This document shows positions 18,942-29,346 of a stretch of 64,000 bases of DNA, one piece after another. The stretch comes from an uncultured Gammaproteobacteria bacterium. GTDB taxonomy: Bacteria; Pseudomonadota; Gammaproteobacteria; UBA4575. Below the pieces are notes generated by a model. That model searched no databases, was not told the origin of the DNA, and saw only the letters and a list, made by a program, of their open reading frames with translations. Numbering within the stretch: the first letter of the stretch is position 1; each line of letters begins with the position of its first letter. The position numbers and the translations under genes are program-made. The stretch spans positions 97,912 through 161,911 of the forward strand of contig CALSUC010000001.1 in assembly GCA_943789445.1 (NCBI GenBank), written 5' to 3'.

Positions 18942-19580
18942 TTAGGCTCCGTGCCATTGGATGAAATTGGTCAATAGACGCAATCCATTACTGGCACTTT
19001 TTTCTGGATGGCACTGCATAGCAAAAACATTATCGCTTGCAATGACCGATGCAAACTCTAGGCCATAGTCAGTACGGCCAATGGCATATTTGGAATCTGT
19101 CGGTTGCACAAAATAGCTATGTACAAAGTAAAAATAACTGTCTTGGGGAATGCCTGACCACAGCGGATGCTCTTGCTTTTGCTGGATTGCATTCCAGCCC
19201 ATATGTGGGACTTTAATTTTTTCTTGTGGATCAACGTGGCGACGAAAGCTTTTAACAGATCCTTCGTAAAGGCCGAGGCATGACGTGCCATCATTCTCTT
19301 CACTCTGTTCGAGCAACACTTGCATGCCCATGCAGATGCCAAGAAATGGTTTTTCGCTGGCTGCCTTGCGGATGACACTGGCTAGATTGAGTTTATTCAG
19401 GGCTTGCATGCAATCGGCAGCAGCACCTTGTCCAGGAAAGACGACACGATCAGCTGAGGCAATCTCAGCACTATCTTGGCTGATAATCACCTCGGCCTGA
19501 CCTTTAGCAGCATGTGCCAAGGCACTGCACACAGAGTGCAGATTACTCATGCCATAATCGATAACTACAATTTTTTGCAC
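18942..19580 (-). CDS. hisH: Imidazole glycerol phosphate synthase subunit HisH
   Basis: IDYGMSNL, FLGICMGMQ, YFVHSY, HPEKS. Confidence 0.96.
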   Translation of the reverse strand: MQKIVVIDYGMSNLHSVCSALAHAAKGQAEVIISQDSAEIASADRVVFPGQGAAADCMQALNKLNLASVIRKAASEKPFLGICMGMQVLLEQSEENDGTSCLGLYEGSVKSFRRHVDPQEKIKVPHMGWNAIQQKQEHPLWSGIPQDSYFYFVHSYFVQPTDSKYAIGRTDYGLEFASVIASDNVFAMQCHPEKSASNGLRLLTNFIQWHGA

Positions 19581-19599
19581 AACTGTTTCCGTGCCTAGA

Positions 19600-20193
19600 C
19601 TAGAGGTGTCCCTTAGTCGAAGGTAGTTTATCTAACATGCGCGGATCGATCTCACAGGCGTAGCGCAGGGCGCGGCCTAAACCTTTAAAGATTGTTTCTG
19701 CGATGTGGTGTGCATTAGTGCCACGGATATTATCAATATGCATGGTCACTTGTGCATGATTACAGAAGCCCTGTAAAAACTCGATGATTAAATCAACGTC
19801 AAAGTCGCCAATACGCGCACGCGGATATTCAACCTCATAGGTCAAACCCGGGCGACCAGAGAAATCGATCACGACGCGACTCAAGGCCTCGTCCAAAGGG
19901 ACGTAGGCATGGCCATATCTACGAATGCCTTTTTTATCCGACAAGGCCTTAGCAAAGGCTTGGCCTAGCGTGATGCCACTGTCCTCTACTGTATGGTGAG
20001 CATCGACCTCAAGATCGCCTTTGGCGTCTAGCTGAATATCAAACTGACCGTGGCGTACGATCTGATCCAACATGTGATCAAGAAAAGGAATGCCAGTTTC
20101 TATAGAACCCTCACCGCGCCCATCGATATTTAGCTCGGCCGTAATTTGGGTCTCTAACGTATTTCGTTCAATTTTTGCGTGACGGGATGCCAT
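19600..20193 (-). CDS. hisB: Imidazoleglycerol-phosphate dehydratase (monofunctional)
   Basis: [29 protein letters not shown]. Start placed at MASRHAK (20193). Confidence 0.95.
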   Translation of the reverse strand: MASRHAKIERNTLETQITAELNIDGRGEGSIETGIPFLDHMLDQIVRHGQFDIQLDAKGDLEVDAHHTVEDSGITLGQAFAKALSDKKGIRRYGHAYVPLDEALSRVVIDFSGRPGLTYEVEYPRARIGDFDVDLIIEFLQGFCNHAQVTMHIDNIRGTNAHHIAETIFKGLGRALRYACEIDPRMLDKLPSTKGHL

Positions 20194-20241
20194 AGTCTTT
20201 TTCAATAGAAGAGTGGGGTTGCGATGCAATATGTAGTTTCT

Positions 20242-20682
20242 TTAACTTACCTTTAAAGAAAAGGTTACTGGACCATCATTGACCAGTGAAACCTGCATAT
20301 CTGCGCCAAAAATACCTGTAGTTACTCTACTATATTCTGTTTTCGCATGCACACATAATTGCTCAAAACAGGCCTTTCCTAGCGCCGCTTCGGGGCTTTT
20401 ACTAAAACTAGGGCGATTACCTGAGGCGGTATCAGCAACCAAGGTGAACTGTGGCACCAGTAATAGCGCGCCTTCCGTTTGCTCTAAGCTCAGGTTCATC
20501 TTGCCGGCGGCATCGGCAAAAACACGATAAGACAATAGGCGTTGCACCATGCGTTGCACCTGTTTATCGCCATCACCCTGCTCAATACCGATTAATGCCA
20601 GCAAGCCACCATCGATACTAGCGACCGTTTCTCCTGCGACCACGACACGGGCCTCTGTCACTCTCTGAATCAGGCTAATCAT
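20242..20682 (-). CDS. dtd: D-aminoacyl-tRNA deacylase
   Basis: IQRV, VPQFTL, GNRPSF, FGADMQVSLVNDGPVT. Confidence 0.96.
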   Translation of the reverse strand: MISLIQRVTEARVVVAGETVASIDGGLLALIGIEQGDGDKQVQRMVQRLLSYRVFADAAGKMNLSLEQTEGALLLVPQFTLVADTASGNRPSFSKSPEAALGKACFEQLCVHAKTEYSRVTTGIFGADMQVSLVNDGPVTFSLKVS

Positions 20683-20694
20683 TAAGATTTTCTC

Positions 20695-21648
20695 CTAAGC
20701 CAGCTCATCAGCCAGGCGATCGGTACTGCGGATCAATGCATCAACCATTTCATCTTCAGTCGCTGAATGACCACTATTGGGTGCAATGATGAGTTCGGCC
20801 TTGGTCCAGCGCTGATGTAGGGCATAGGCCTGTTCCACCGGACAAACCACGTCATAGCGTCCATGCACAATGGCGCCAGGAATATCGGCTAAACGATCGG
20901 CATCGCGTAATAATTGATCAGGCTCTAAGTAAGAATCATGCATGAAGTAATGACATTCAATACGCGCCAAGCTCAAGGCAGTGTGGGCATCACCAAAATG
21001 ATCGATTACCGTGTCTTTAGGCCGTAGTGTCGATGTCCGACCCTCCCAAATAGACCAGCGTTTCGCCGCCTCTAGCTGCTGCTCTGGATCATCACCAGAG
21101 AGACGCTGATAGTAGGCACTGACCATATCACCGCGTTCTGCTGCAGGAATGAATGACTCATAGTCCTGCCAATAATCAGGAAAAATCGCGCTAGCACCGT
21201 CTTGATAAAACCACTGAATGTCACGTTTACGACAGAGAAAGACACCACGTAACACTAAACCCATGACCTTTTCTGGGTACTGCTCGGCATAGGCCAGCGC
21301 CAGCGTCGAGCCCCAAGAGCCGCCAAACACCATCCACCGATCGATGTTCAGCTCGACTCGTAACTGCTCTATATCGGCGATCAAGTCCGGCGTTGTATTG
21401 TTTTCAGTAGAGGCATGTGGCTTTGAACGACCGGCACCGCGTTGATCAAACAAGATGATGCGATAACGCTCTGGATCAAAAAAGCGTGGATGGTAGTCTT
21501 CGCAGCCAGAGCCGGGGCCACCGTGTAAAAAGACTACAGGCAAGCCATTAGGGTTGCCGTATTCAGCCACCCATAATTGATGTAGCTCACCAACTGGGAG
21601 ATAGAATTCACGTTTTGCTTGGGCCTGCGGATAAAATGTACGCATCAT
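20695..21648 (-). CDS. pip: Prolyl aminopeptidase
   Basis: HGGPGSG, FDQRGAGRS, FGGSWGSTL, GRYDVVCP. Confidence 0.95.
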   Translation of the reverse strand: MMRTFYPQAQAKREFYLPVGELHQLWVAEYGNPNGLPVVFLHGGPGSGCEDYHPRFFDPERYRIILFDQRGAGRSKPHASTENNTTPDLIADIEQLRVELNIDRWMVFGGSWGSTLALAYAEQYPEKVMGLVLRGVFLCRKRDIQWFYQDGASAIFPDYWQDYESFIPAAERGDMVSAYYQRLSGDDPEQQLEAAKRWSIWEGRTSTLRPKDTVIDHFGDAHTALSLARIECHYFMHDSYLEPDQLLRDADRLADIPGAIVHGRYDVVCPVEQAYALHQRWTKAELIIAPNSGHSATEDEMVDALIRSTDRLADELA

Positions 21649-21755
21649 ATAAAGTAGTCGTTATCGTGAAGTATAAGAAAGGCCCAAATCATTATTCCAT
21701 TGGGCTGGAAAAGCAATAGATGGCCATACCTGTGAGGTTCTAGTCAGTGCATCCG

Positions 21756-22349
21756 CTAAGGACGTTGTGCTATGACCATTGCTTGATTACGAAACCCCTG
21801 TGCCGTATCACCCTGCAAACCGTCTTCTCGATACAGCAGGATATGTAGTCCTTCACAGTGTCTTAATAATTCGTTTTCAGCTAAGCGATAAGCACTGTTA
21901 CTAGGCCCACTAACGCCTATGCGTTGTTGTGTGAAGGTCTGGTAGAACAACAGTCCGCGCGGACGTAAGGCCCGAAGCAAAGACGGTAGTAATGGACGAT
22001 AGAGATAATGACTGACGACGATGACATCAAAGGCATTTTCATCCAGTCCATCACTCTGTTGCTCTGCTTCATTTTCTAGATCACGACAGCAACAACTGAT
22101 AGTGAGCTGCTGTTGCTCTGCATAGATACTGAGTTTAGTCATGGCGACGCTGGATAGATCAATCGCACTGACCTCAAGCCCAGCTCGCGCAAGATGAATC
22201 GCATTGCCGCCGAGGCCACTGGCCAAATCTAAAGCCCTGCCTCGACTAGGCAATAGGTGACTGTTTTCAGTCAGTACTGTAGAGGCCTGCGCATCGATGC
22301 AGTCTAGCGCTGTAAAACGCTGATCCCATTTTTCTGCCTGCTGACTCAC
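21756..22349 (-). CDS. Class I SAM-dependent methyltransferase (TehB-like)
   Basis: ALDLASGLGGNA motif I, and FDVIVVSHYL. Confidence 0.85.
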   Translation of the reverse strand: MSQQAEKWDQRFTALDCIDAQASTVLTENSHLLPSRGRALDLASGLGGNAIHLARAGLEVSAIDLSSVAMTKLSIYAEQQQLTISCCCRDLENEAEQQSDGLDENAFDVIVVSHYLYRPLLPSLLRALRPRGLLFYQTFTQQRIGVSGPSNSAYRLAENELLRHCEGLHILLYREDGLQGDTAQGFRNQAMVIAQRP

Positions 22350-22375
22350 TTTGTATTTAGCATTAATCTGAACGC

Positions 22376-23830
22376 CTAATCACGCCAGAAAAATGGCGTA
22401 AAGATAACCAACAAGGTAAATATTTCAAGACGACCTAACAACATACCCAGGCATAGCATCAGTTTGTTTACTTCACTTAAGCTGGCGTAGTTCTGACTGA
22501 CTTCACCTAAACCAGGACCTAAATTATTCAAAGTGGCCGCCACTGCAGAATAGGCCGAGACATGATCGAGACCAGTCGCAACTAAGAACAACATCATGCC
22601 CAGAAAAATCGCAAGATAGGCAAAGAGGAATCCCCAGACGGCTTCCATCACACGTCCTTCCACCGGCTTCTTACCGATCTTCACAGCAAACTGCCCATTT
22701 GGATGGACTAAACGACGCAGCTCACGCATCCCTTGTTTGAACAATAGTAAGACACGAATGACCTTCATGCCGCCACCCGTCGAACCGGCACAACCACCAA
22801 CAAAACTCAGCAAGATAAGTAACATCGGTAAGGCTGCTGGCCAGCTTGAAAAATCAGCCGAAGTAAAACCTGTGGTGGTACCAATGGAGACCACTTGAAA
22901 AACCGCCTTGGTCCAAAGTGTAAAGCCATCGGAAAAAACCTGTGCATTTTGTAGGATCAATGCCGCTAGTAACGACACGCCAATTAAGAGCATTGCATAC
23001 ACTCTAAACTCGGTGTCATTCCAGTAAGCAGAAAATTTACGGCTGCGCCAAGCAACAAAGTGCAAGCCAAAGTTAGCCCCTGAAATCAGCATGAATAAAA
23101 TAGCAATCCATTCAATGGCTCTGCTATTGAAGTAGCCCATATTGGCATCGTGGGTCGAGAAACCACCAATCGCTATCGTTGAAAAACTATGGCAGACCGC
23201 ATCAAAAAAACTCATACCGGCGATCCAATAGGCGTAGGCACAGACCACGGTTAAGAACAGATAGATATACCACAGCGCTTTTGCCGTCTCGGTAATACGT
23301 GGCGTTAACTTATTGTCTTTAACTGGCCCAGGGGTCTCTGCACGATAGAGCTGCATGCCACCGATGCCCAACATAGGCAAAATAGCGACGGCTAAGACAA
23401 TGATACCCATGCCCCCTAACCACTGCAGTTGCTGACGATAATATAAGAGTGATGCGGGCAAATGATCGAGGCCTGTCAGCACCGTTGCGCCGGTTGTTGT
23501 TAGACCAGAGAGAGATTCAAATAAGGCATCAACCAGTGATATCTCTATCGCCGTTGAAAAATATAAGGGTAAGGCACCAAAGCTACCGAGTACTGTCCAG
23601 AATAAAACTACCACCAAAAAACCATCACGTAAGCGCAGATCAGCACGCTGTCCTCGATGTGGTAACCAGAGCACAACACCCGTGATAAAGGCAGATAAAA
23701 ATGCGAGACCGAAGGTATATAAACTATCACTCTCGGCGAAATATTCGCCAACCAATAAAGGTGGTAACAGGGTCAAGCTAAAGAGCATGAGTAGCTGACC
23801 CAGTATGCGTTGGATGACGGCTCCTTGCAT
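22376..23830 (-). CDS. trkH: Trk potassium uptake membrane protein
   Basis: SGLTTTGAT, QWLGGMGII, GGCAGSTGGGMK, LGRLEIF. Confidence 0.96.
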   Translation of the reverse strand: MQGAVIQRILGQLLMLFSLTLLPPLLVGEYFAESDSLYTFGLAFLSAFITGVVLWLPHRGQRADLRLRDGFLVVVLFWTVLGSFGALPLYFSTAIEISLVDALFESLSGLTTTGATVLTGLDHLPASLLYYRQQLQWLGGMGIIVLAVAILPMLGIGGMQLYRAETPGPVKDNKLTPRITETAKALWYIYLFLTVVCAYAYWIAGMSFFDAVCHSFSTIAIGGFSTHDANMGYFNSRAIEWIAILFMLISGANFGLHFVAWRSRKFSAYWNDTEFRVYAMLLIGVSLLAALILQNAQVFSDGFTLWTKAVFQVVSIGTTTGFTSADFSSWPAALPMLLILLSFVGGCAGSTGGGMKVIRVLLLFKQGMRELRRLVHPNGQFAVKIGKKPVEGRVMEAVWGFLFAYLAIFLGMMLFLVATGLDHVSAYSAVAATLNNLGPGLGEVSQNYASLSEVNKLMLCLGMLLGRLEIFTLLVIFTPFFWRD

Positions 23831-23845
23831 TATCTAGATCCTAAA

Positions 23846-25219
23846 TTAAATGAAGGTCGCGCTGACTTGAAACAGTCGCTCAACTTCGTGGATACGGTCT
23901 TTCTCTGATAAAAACATAATCACGTGATCATCGGCTTGAATCAAAATGTCAGGGTGTGAAATCATCATTGTTCCTTCACGCACGATTGCACCAATGTGTG
24001 TGCCTTTCGGCAGCTTAATCTCTTCAATCCTACGACCGACTACTTTGGATGTCTTTTTATCACCATGTGCCACAGCTTCAATCGCTTCTGCTGCACCTTT
24101 ACGCAAGGAGTGCACTGCAACAATATCGCCACGACGGATATGTGCGAGTAGGGCGCCGATGGTGACTTGCTGTGGCGAGATCGCAATATCGATCATGCCA
24201 CTCTCAACCAACTCGACATAACTTGGGCGGTTAATTAGAGACATGGTCTTACGAGCACCCAGACGTTTAGCCAGCATGGCAGATAAGATATTCGCTTCAT
24301 CATCATTAGTTAGGGCACAGAAGATATCAACATTCTCGATATTCTCCTCCAACAAAATATCTTCATCGGCAGCATCACCTCGAAGGACAATAGTCTTATC
24401 CAAGATCTCAGAGAGGTAACGTGCACGATCAGGATCACGCTCGATTAATTTCACTCGATAATTTTGTTCTAAAATTTGTGCCAGCTGTAAACCAATATTG
24501 CCACCACCTGCTATCAGAATGCGTCGATTGGGCTTATCCACACCCTGCAATGCAGAAGTTACTTTATTAGCTTGCTGCGCCGCTGTTACAAAAAATAATT
24601 CGTCGCCGGTTTCAACACGTGTCTCATCGGTAAAGGCTACGGCCTCCCGCTTACGGTAGATCGCAACAATAGAAAAATCATAGGCGGCATATTCACGTGC
24701 AAGATCGGCCAAAGTTTTACCAGTGAAACGGCTATCCCGATTCACACGTGCCGCGACCAGCTGCACTTTACCATCGGCAAAATTAAGTACTTGTAACGCA
24801 CCGGGATGATCAATCAAATTCTTAACGTACTCGGAGACCAATAGCTCTGGACTAATCAATAGGTCTACAGGCATCGCTTCTTGCACGAACAGGTCTGGGT
24901 AATTGAGATAGTCGCTTGCTCGTACACGCGCAATTTTAGTCGGCGTATGAAACAGGGTATAGGCTACTTGGCAGGCCACTATATTCGTTTCATCACTATT
25001 GGTTAGAGCGACAATCATGCTGGCATCATTGGCTCCAGCACGCTCTAACACGCTTGGGTGTGAGGCATGACCTTGCACCGTTTGCAGGTCGACTCGATCT
25101 TGAATCTCACGCAGAAGACTTGCATTCTGATCCACCAAGGTAATGTCATTTGATTCACTAGCCAGACTAAGCGCTAACGATCCACCAACCTGCCCAGCAC
25201 CCAATATTATTATTTTCAT
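23846..25219 (-). CDS. trkA: Trk potassium uptake NAD-binding subunit
   Basis: MKIIILGAGQVG and a second RCK motif IAGGGNIG. Confidence 0.97.
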   Translation of the reverse strand: MKIIILGAGQVGGSLALSLASESNDITLVDQNASLLREIQDRVDLQTVQGHASHPSVLERAGANDASMIVALTNSDETNIVACQVAYTLFHTPTKIARVRASDYLNYPDLFVQEAMPVDLLISPELLVSEYVKNLIDHPGALQVLNFADGKVQLVAARVNRDSRFTGKTLADLAREYAAYDFSIVAIYRKREAVAFTDETRVETGDELFFVTAAQQANKVTSALQGVDKPNRRILIAGGGNIGLQLAQILEQNYRVKLIERDPDRARYLSEILDKTIVLRGDAADEDILLEENIENVDIFCALTNDDEANILSAMLAKRLGARKTMSLINRPSYVELVESGMIDIAISPQQVTIGALLAHIRRGDIVAVHSLRKGAAEAIEAVAHGDKKTSKVVGRRIEEIKLPKGTHIGAIVREGTMMISHPDILIQADDHVIMFLSEKDRIHEVERLFQVSATFI

Positions 25220-25257
25220 TCTGCTTTTGATCCAATCATGATGGTTTAATCATCATC

Positions 25258-26583
25258 TTATTGTTTTGAGTTTATACCCAATGCACGAAGTTTACGGTAA
25301 AGATTTGTACGCTCCATGCCAACCACTTCAGCTAAACGTGTGACACTGCCATCTACTTTTTCTAGCTGACGCACTAAATAGTGTTTTTCAAATGCTTCAC
25401 GCGCCTCGCGCAACGGAAGATTAAATAAACTATCTAAACCCCCACCTGCGTTAATCCCTGGCTCTTGTTGTGACTGTAATAACTGCTGCACTTCCTTTAA
25501 TTCAATTTCCTGCTCACCACCAATGATCAACAACTGCTGCAGCACACCTTTTAGCTCGGTTAAGTTCCCCGGCCAGTGATGGTGTAAAAATGCATTTTGC
25601 GCAGCAATAGAACATTTACGATAGGGGTAATTCTCGTTAGAGCAGAAATAATCGATGAAATGATTTATTAGATCTGGGATGTCTTCTTTATGCTCACGCA
25701 GTGGTGGCAACTCTATGCGTAGCATGCCAAAACCTATTTGAAATAGGCTGAGTACTTTCTTTGATACTTCGCTGGTTATCCCTACCGTCAAGCGAACGTC
25801 AAAACGCTGGAATACGTCTGCATCTTGTAGCTGTTGCAATAGATCAACTAAGCGCTGTTGTATCGGCTCATTAATAGCGTTGAAGTTCTCCAGATATATC
25901 GCACCAGCCTGGTTTTTACGAATGTTTTCTATTAACTCGCTCTTAACCGCCGCCCATGCAATATCACTACCATCGAGCTCGTTAAACCGCTTATAGGAAA
26001 CGATTAGCAAGGGCCGATTTGAACGCTCACTCAGCTGATGTATATAGTGCGCAAGGTTGCTTCGACCACTACCTTCCTCAGCCTGCAATAAAATGGATAC
26101 GTTTTGCTTTGCACAGCGCTTGCAGTTAGCAATCAACTCTTCGACTACTGGACTGGAACCCACCGGGACTAACCAATCAGTGCCTTTATCTTCACGTGAA
26201 GATTCTTTATGTAGCTGAGCATCTAAGGCCTTGCGCGCCGTACTAATGAGCTTTGCCGTCGTCAGTGGCTTTTCTATAAAACCAAAAGCACCTAAACGAG
26301 TCGCTTCTACTGCCGTTTCAACTGTGCCATGGCCTGACATCATGATGATTGGACAATCAACTTTTTGAGTTTCCTTCCATTCCTTTAGCAAAGTAATGCC
26401 ATCTTGATCAGGCATCCAGATGTCAAGCAGGACCAAGTTGTATTGCGTATTTGAGATTTGTTCACAGGCGCTCTTTGCATTCTCAGCGATACTGACCTTA
26501 TAGCCCTCATCACTTAATATCTCGCTCACCAAAGAGCAGATATCAGGCTCATCATCGACCACTAAAATTCTTTCTGTTGCCAT
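25258..26583 (-). CDS. ntrX: NtrX-like response regulator (REC, degenerate AAA+, Fis-type HTH)
   Basis: LLDIWMP, MMSGHGTVETAVEAT, PLREAREAFE...GMERTNLYRKL; synteny with ntrY and trkA. Confidence 0.85.
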   Translation of the reverse strand: MATERILVVDDEPDICSLVSEILSDEGYKVSIAENAKSACEQISNTQYNLVLLDIWMPDQDGITLLKEWKETQKVDCPIIMMSGHGTVETAVEATRLGAFGFIEKPLTTAKLISTARKALDAQLHKESSREDKGTDWLVPVGSSPVVEELIANCKRCAKQNVSILLQAEEGSGRSNLAHYIHQLSERSNRPLLIVSYKRFNELDGSDIAWAAVKSELIENIRKNQAGAIYLENFNAINEPIQQRLVDLLQQLQDADVFQRFDVRLTVGITSEVSKKVLSLFQIGFGMLRIELPPLREHKEDIPDLINHFIDYFCSNENYPYRKCSIAAQNAFLHHHWPGNLTELKGVLQQLLIIGGEQEIELKEVQQLLQSQQEPGINAGGGLDSLFNLPLREAREAFEKHYLVRQLEKVDGSVTRLAEVVGMERTNLYRKLRALGINSKQ

Positions 26584-28772
26584 TATTCTTGACCTGCGCT
26601 GCGATCAGCAAATGCCGCTAAGGAATTATAGCTTGGCAATCGAATAAGTATCATCGCGCCACCACATGTTCGGTTATTCACTTGAATAATACCATTATGT
26701 TCTTCAATAATTTTTTTCACAATCGCAAGACCTAAGCCATTACCTCTTTGCTTCGTTGTCATATAAGGGTCGAAGGCCTGCCTTAACATTTCTGGTGAGA
26801 AACCTTGACCATTGTCGAGCAGTTCAATCGTGATATAAAGCTTATTTAAGTAGAGCTGCGCACCAGCACTGACTTGCACCTGACAGTGTGTGTCTACAGC
26901 TGTTGCTTCCATCGAGTTCTTGATTAAATTGTGTAGCACTTGACGCAGACGACCTGAGTCACCGCGTACAAATAAGGTCTCAGAATTTAAGTCTAAATCT
27001 AATCGTATTTTCTGTGCATTGCCTTTGTATAATTCTGCAACGTCACGGATCAAATCATTAATATCTAAAGGCTTGCTGTCGATCACCGGCATCCGCGCAT
27101 AGGCAGAAAAATCATCGACCATCAGCCCCATTGATTCTACCTGTTGCACAATAGTATGCGTCGCTCTATCAACCAAGTCGGCCTGGTCTGGCTCCAACAC
27201 TGGCATTAATTTTCGGCGCAGACGTTCAGCCGATAATTGAATTGGCGTCAATGGATTCTTAATCTCATGTGCTAAGCGTCTAGCAACCTCACCCCATGCG
27301 CTATCACGCTGAGCTTGCAGTAATGTTGTTATGTCATCAAAAACCAGCACATAGCCACGCTTAGACGCATCTTCACCTAGTAGCTTCACACTTTTACAGA
27401 GAATCGTCTTACGTCCCTCAGAGGTAAAGATTTCTAATTCTTTCTGCCACTCTTCTGATGTTTGTCGCAACTGGGTAACCACTGAGAGGGTGAAGGTCTT
27501 TAAGAAATCATGCTGAGTGCCCACATGCATCAATGGCTTATCAATGAAGTCTGCAATGTCGATCCCTAGAATCTGACTAGTGGTCGCATTTGCAGTTTTT
27601 ATTTGTAGCGACTCATCTAGACTCAAAACACCTGAAGACAAATGCTCTAGAATTTTATGCAAATAAAGTCGTTGGTTATCAATGATGCGTTGACTAATCA
27701 CCGTCGTATCTCGGGCCACAGATAGGCGCTCTGTCATACGGTTAAACGAAGCCACCAACATGCCTAGATCATCACTTTGTCGTACCGATATTTTTTTATG
27801 ATACTGACCTGCAGCAACTGCTTTAGTACCCTCTACCAATTCTCGCACTGGAGAGACCAATACACGCGAAAAATAAAAGGCTGTAAATACTGCAAACAAT
27901 ATACCTAAGGCCAAGACCAAGGTCAGAATCAGAATAAAGTTTTGCTTTAATGGCCCACGCAAATAAATGAGCTCGTTATATTGGCCGAATGCTGTTTGCA
28001 CATTGTTAGTCAGTTCGCTGATGCGATCAGAGATAGGGTAAATAAATTGTAAATACTGAAACTCTGTAGCATTCAGTTCTGGCGGCATCGGAAAGACCAA
28101 GCGGATTTGTAAGCCGCCATCACCAATGGACTCCATCGCAACATAATTTTCGCCACTGTTGAGCCGCTGAAAAATACTTTCATCTAATAGTGCAGGCACA
28201 TCAGTATTTGGCTCTGAGCTTCCCGATGCGATAATGCGATTATTAGAATCAAATAAAACAATTTCATCGGCATTACTGGTGCTGAGTAATTCGTTAATAG
28301 TTAGTGTGGCATTAAAGGAATCATTACCCTCAAATTGCTTAGATAAGGGCTCCGTCTGTTGACTTAGGCTTCGGATATGCATATCCAAAGAAGAACGACT
28401 CAGACTCACTGCGTCTTGCAGCGCCTTTTCAACCTTCACATCAAACCAACTATCTACGCCTTCTTCGACCAACCAAATCGAGAAAGTGTAAACAATAAGC
28501 ACCGGCATGCTGGCAATAACTACAAATGACCAGACTAGGCGTAGGGTCAGTCTAGAGCCAGGCTCCTTACGTTTTAACTGCCGCTTTAATTGATTCGCGT
28601 TATACCCAATCAGTGCAACAAACAACAGCAACAAGACAGAATTGATGGGTACTAACCAATTATGTAGGCGGCCAAAGTAACTGCCATTTTGAGTCGCATC
28701 TGCCATTAACAAGACAGCCGCCACCAAAGAAACAAAGAGGATACCCAGCCAAACCTTACCGCTACGCCCCAT
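26583..28772 (-). CDS. ntrY: NtrY-like sensor histidine kinase (HAMP/PAS/HisKA)
   Basis: AWGEVARRLAHEIKNPLTPIQLSAERL, GNGLGLAIVKKI. Confidence 0.88.
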   Translation of the reverse strand: MGRSGKVWLGILFVSLVAAVLLMADATQNGSYFGRLHNWLVPINSVLLLLFVALIGYNANQLKRQLKRKEPGSRLTLRLVWSFVVIASMPVLIVYTFSIWLVEEGVDSWFDVKVEKALQDAVSLSRSSLDMHIRSLSQQTEPLSKQFEGNDSFNATLTINELLSTSNADEIVLFDSNNRIIASGSSEPNTDVPALLDESIFQRLNSGENYVAMESIGDGGLQIRLVFPMPPELNATEFQYLQFIYPISDRISELTNNVQTAFGQYNELIYLRGPLKQNFILILTLVLALGILFAVFTAFYFSRVLVSPVRELVEGTKAVAAGQYHKKISVRQSDDLGMLVASFNRMTERLSVARDTTVISQRIIDNQRLYLHKILEHLSSGVLSLDESLQIKTANATTSQILGIDIADFIDKPLMHVGTQHDFLKTFTLSVVTQLRQTSEEWQKELEIFTSEGRKTILCKSVKLLGEDASKRGYVLVFDDITTLLQAQRDSAWGEVARRLAHEIKNPLTPIQLSAERLRRKLMPVLEPDQADLVDRATHTIVQQVESMGLMVDDFSAYARMPVIDSKPLDINDLIRDVAELYKGNAQKIRLDLDLNSETLFVRGDSGRLRQVLHNLIKNSMEATAVDTHCQVQVSAGAQLYLNKLYITIELLDNGQGFSPEMLRQAFDPYMTTKQRGNGLGLAIVKKIIEEHNGIIQVNNRTCGGAMILIRLPSYNSLAAFADRSAGQE

Positions 28773-29346
28773 CTTTTATAACCTCGATAACTCTCCAGTT
28801 ACTCACTGGCCGCCAGTCCTTCGTAAAATAACTTTGCACTCGTAACGGGAGTGGCAACTCGTCATTAAGTAGTCTTGCGCGCGCTTGCAAGTAATAGTCG
28901 CCGTCCTCGGTAATGGAAGATTGATAACCTAAAGATAATTTATCTGCCCTGCCCATAAAGGCTAGGGCAGCCCGTAGACTTACGAAGCTGCGTTCTGCTC
29001 GTAAATGAGATTCACGCACAATAAATTGTTTAAGCAAGGCATAGTATTTAATGTCAAAGTTATGGCTACTACTGATAATGACTTTATCAGGAAAAAAATT
29101 CCGCTTTCGCAATAACTCAAAAGTTGTTTGAAAATGCATAACAATCCCATTCTCCAGAGCCAGAATGATTTTCTCATCCAACTCATAATCAATCTGACAG
29201 CTCACCTGAATCTGACCAGATACGAAGCCAAAAAAGAAGCGACTGACTCGGAGTTGTTCGGCACCAACAGATTGGGCACTGAGCAGCAGTAACACGAGCA
29301 GTGGGCACCACTTAATAGATCTTAGAGGCTTACGCTCAAACATCAC
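28762..29346 (-). CDS. DUF4390-like periplasmic protein
   Basis: Signal peptide, ALENGI and LPLPLRV motifs; conserved position upstream of ntrY. Confidence 0.78.
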   Translation of the reverse strand: MMFERKPLRSIKWCPLLVLLLLSAQSVGAEQLRVSRFFFGFVSGQIQVSCQIDYELDEKIILALENGIVMHFQTTFELLRKRNFFPDKVIISSSHNFDIKYYALLKQFIVRESHLRAERSFVSLRAALAFMGRADKLSLGYQSSITEDGDYYLQARARLLNDELPLPLRVQSYFTKDWRPVSNWRVIEVIKDGA

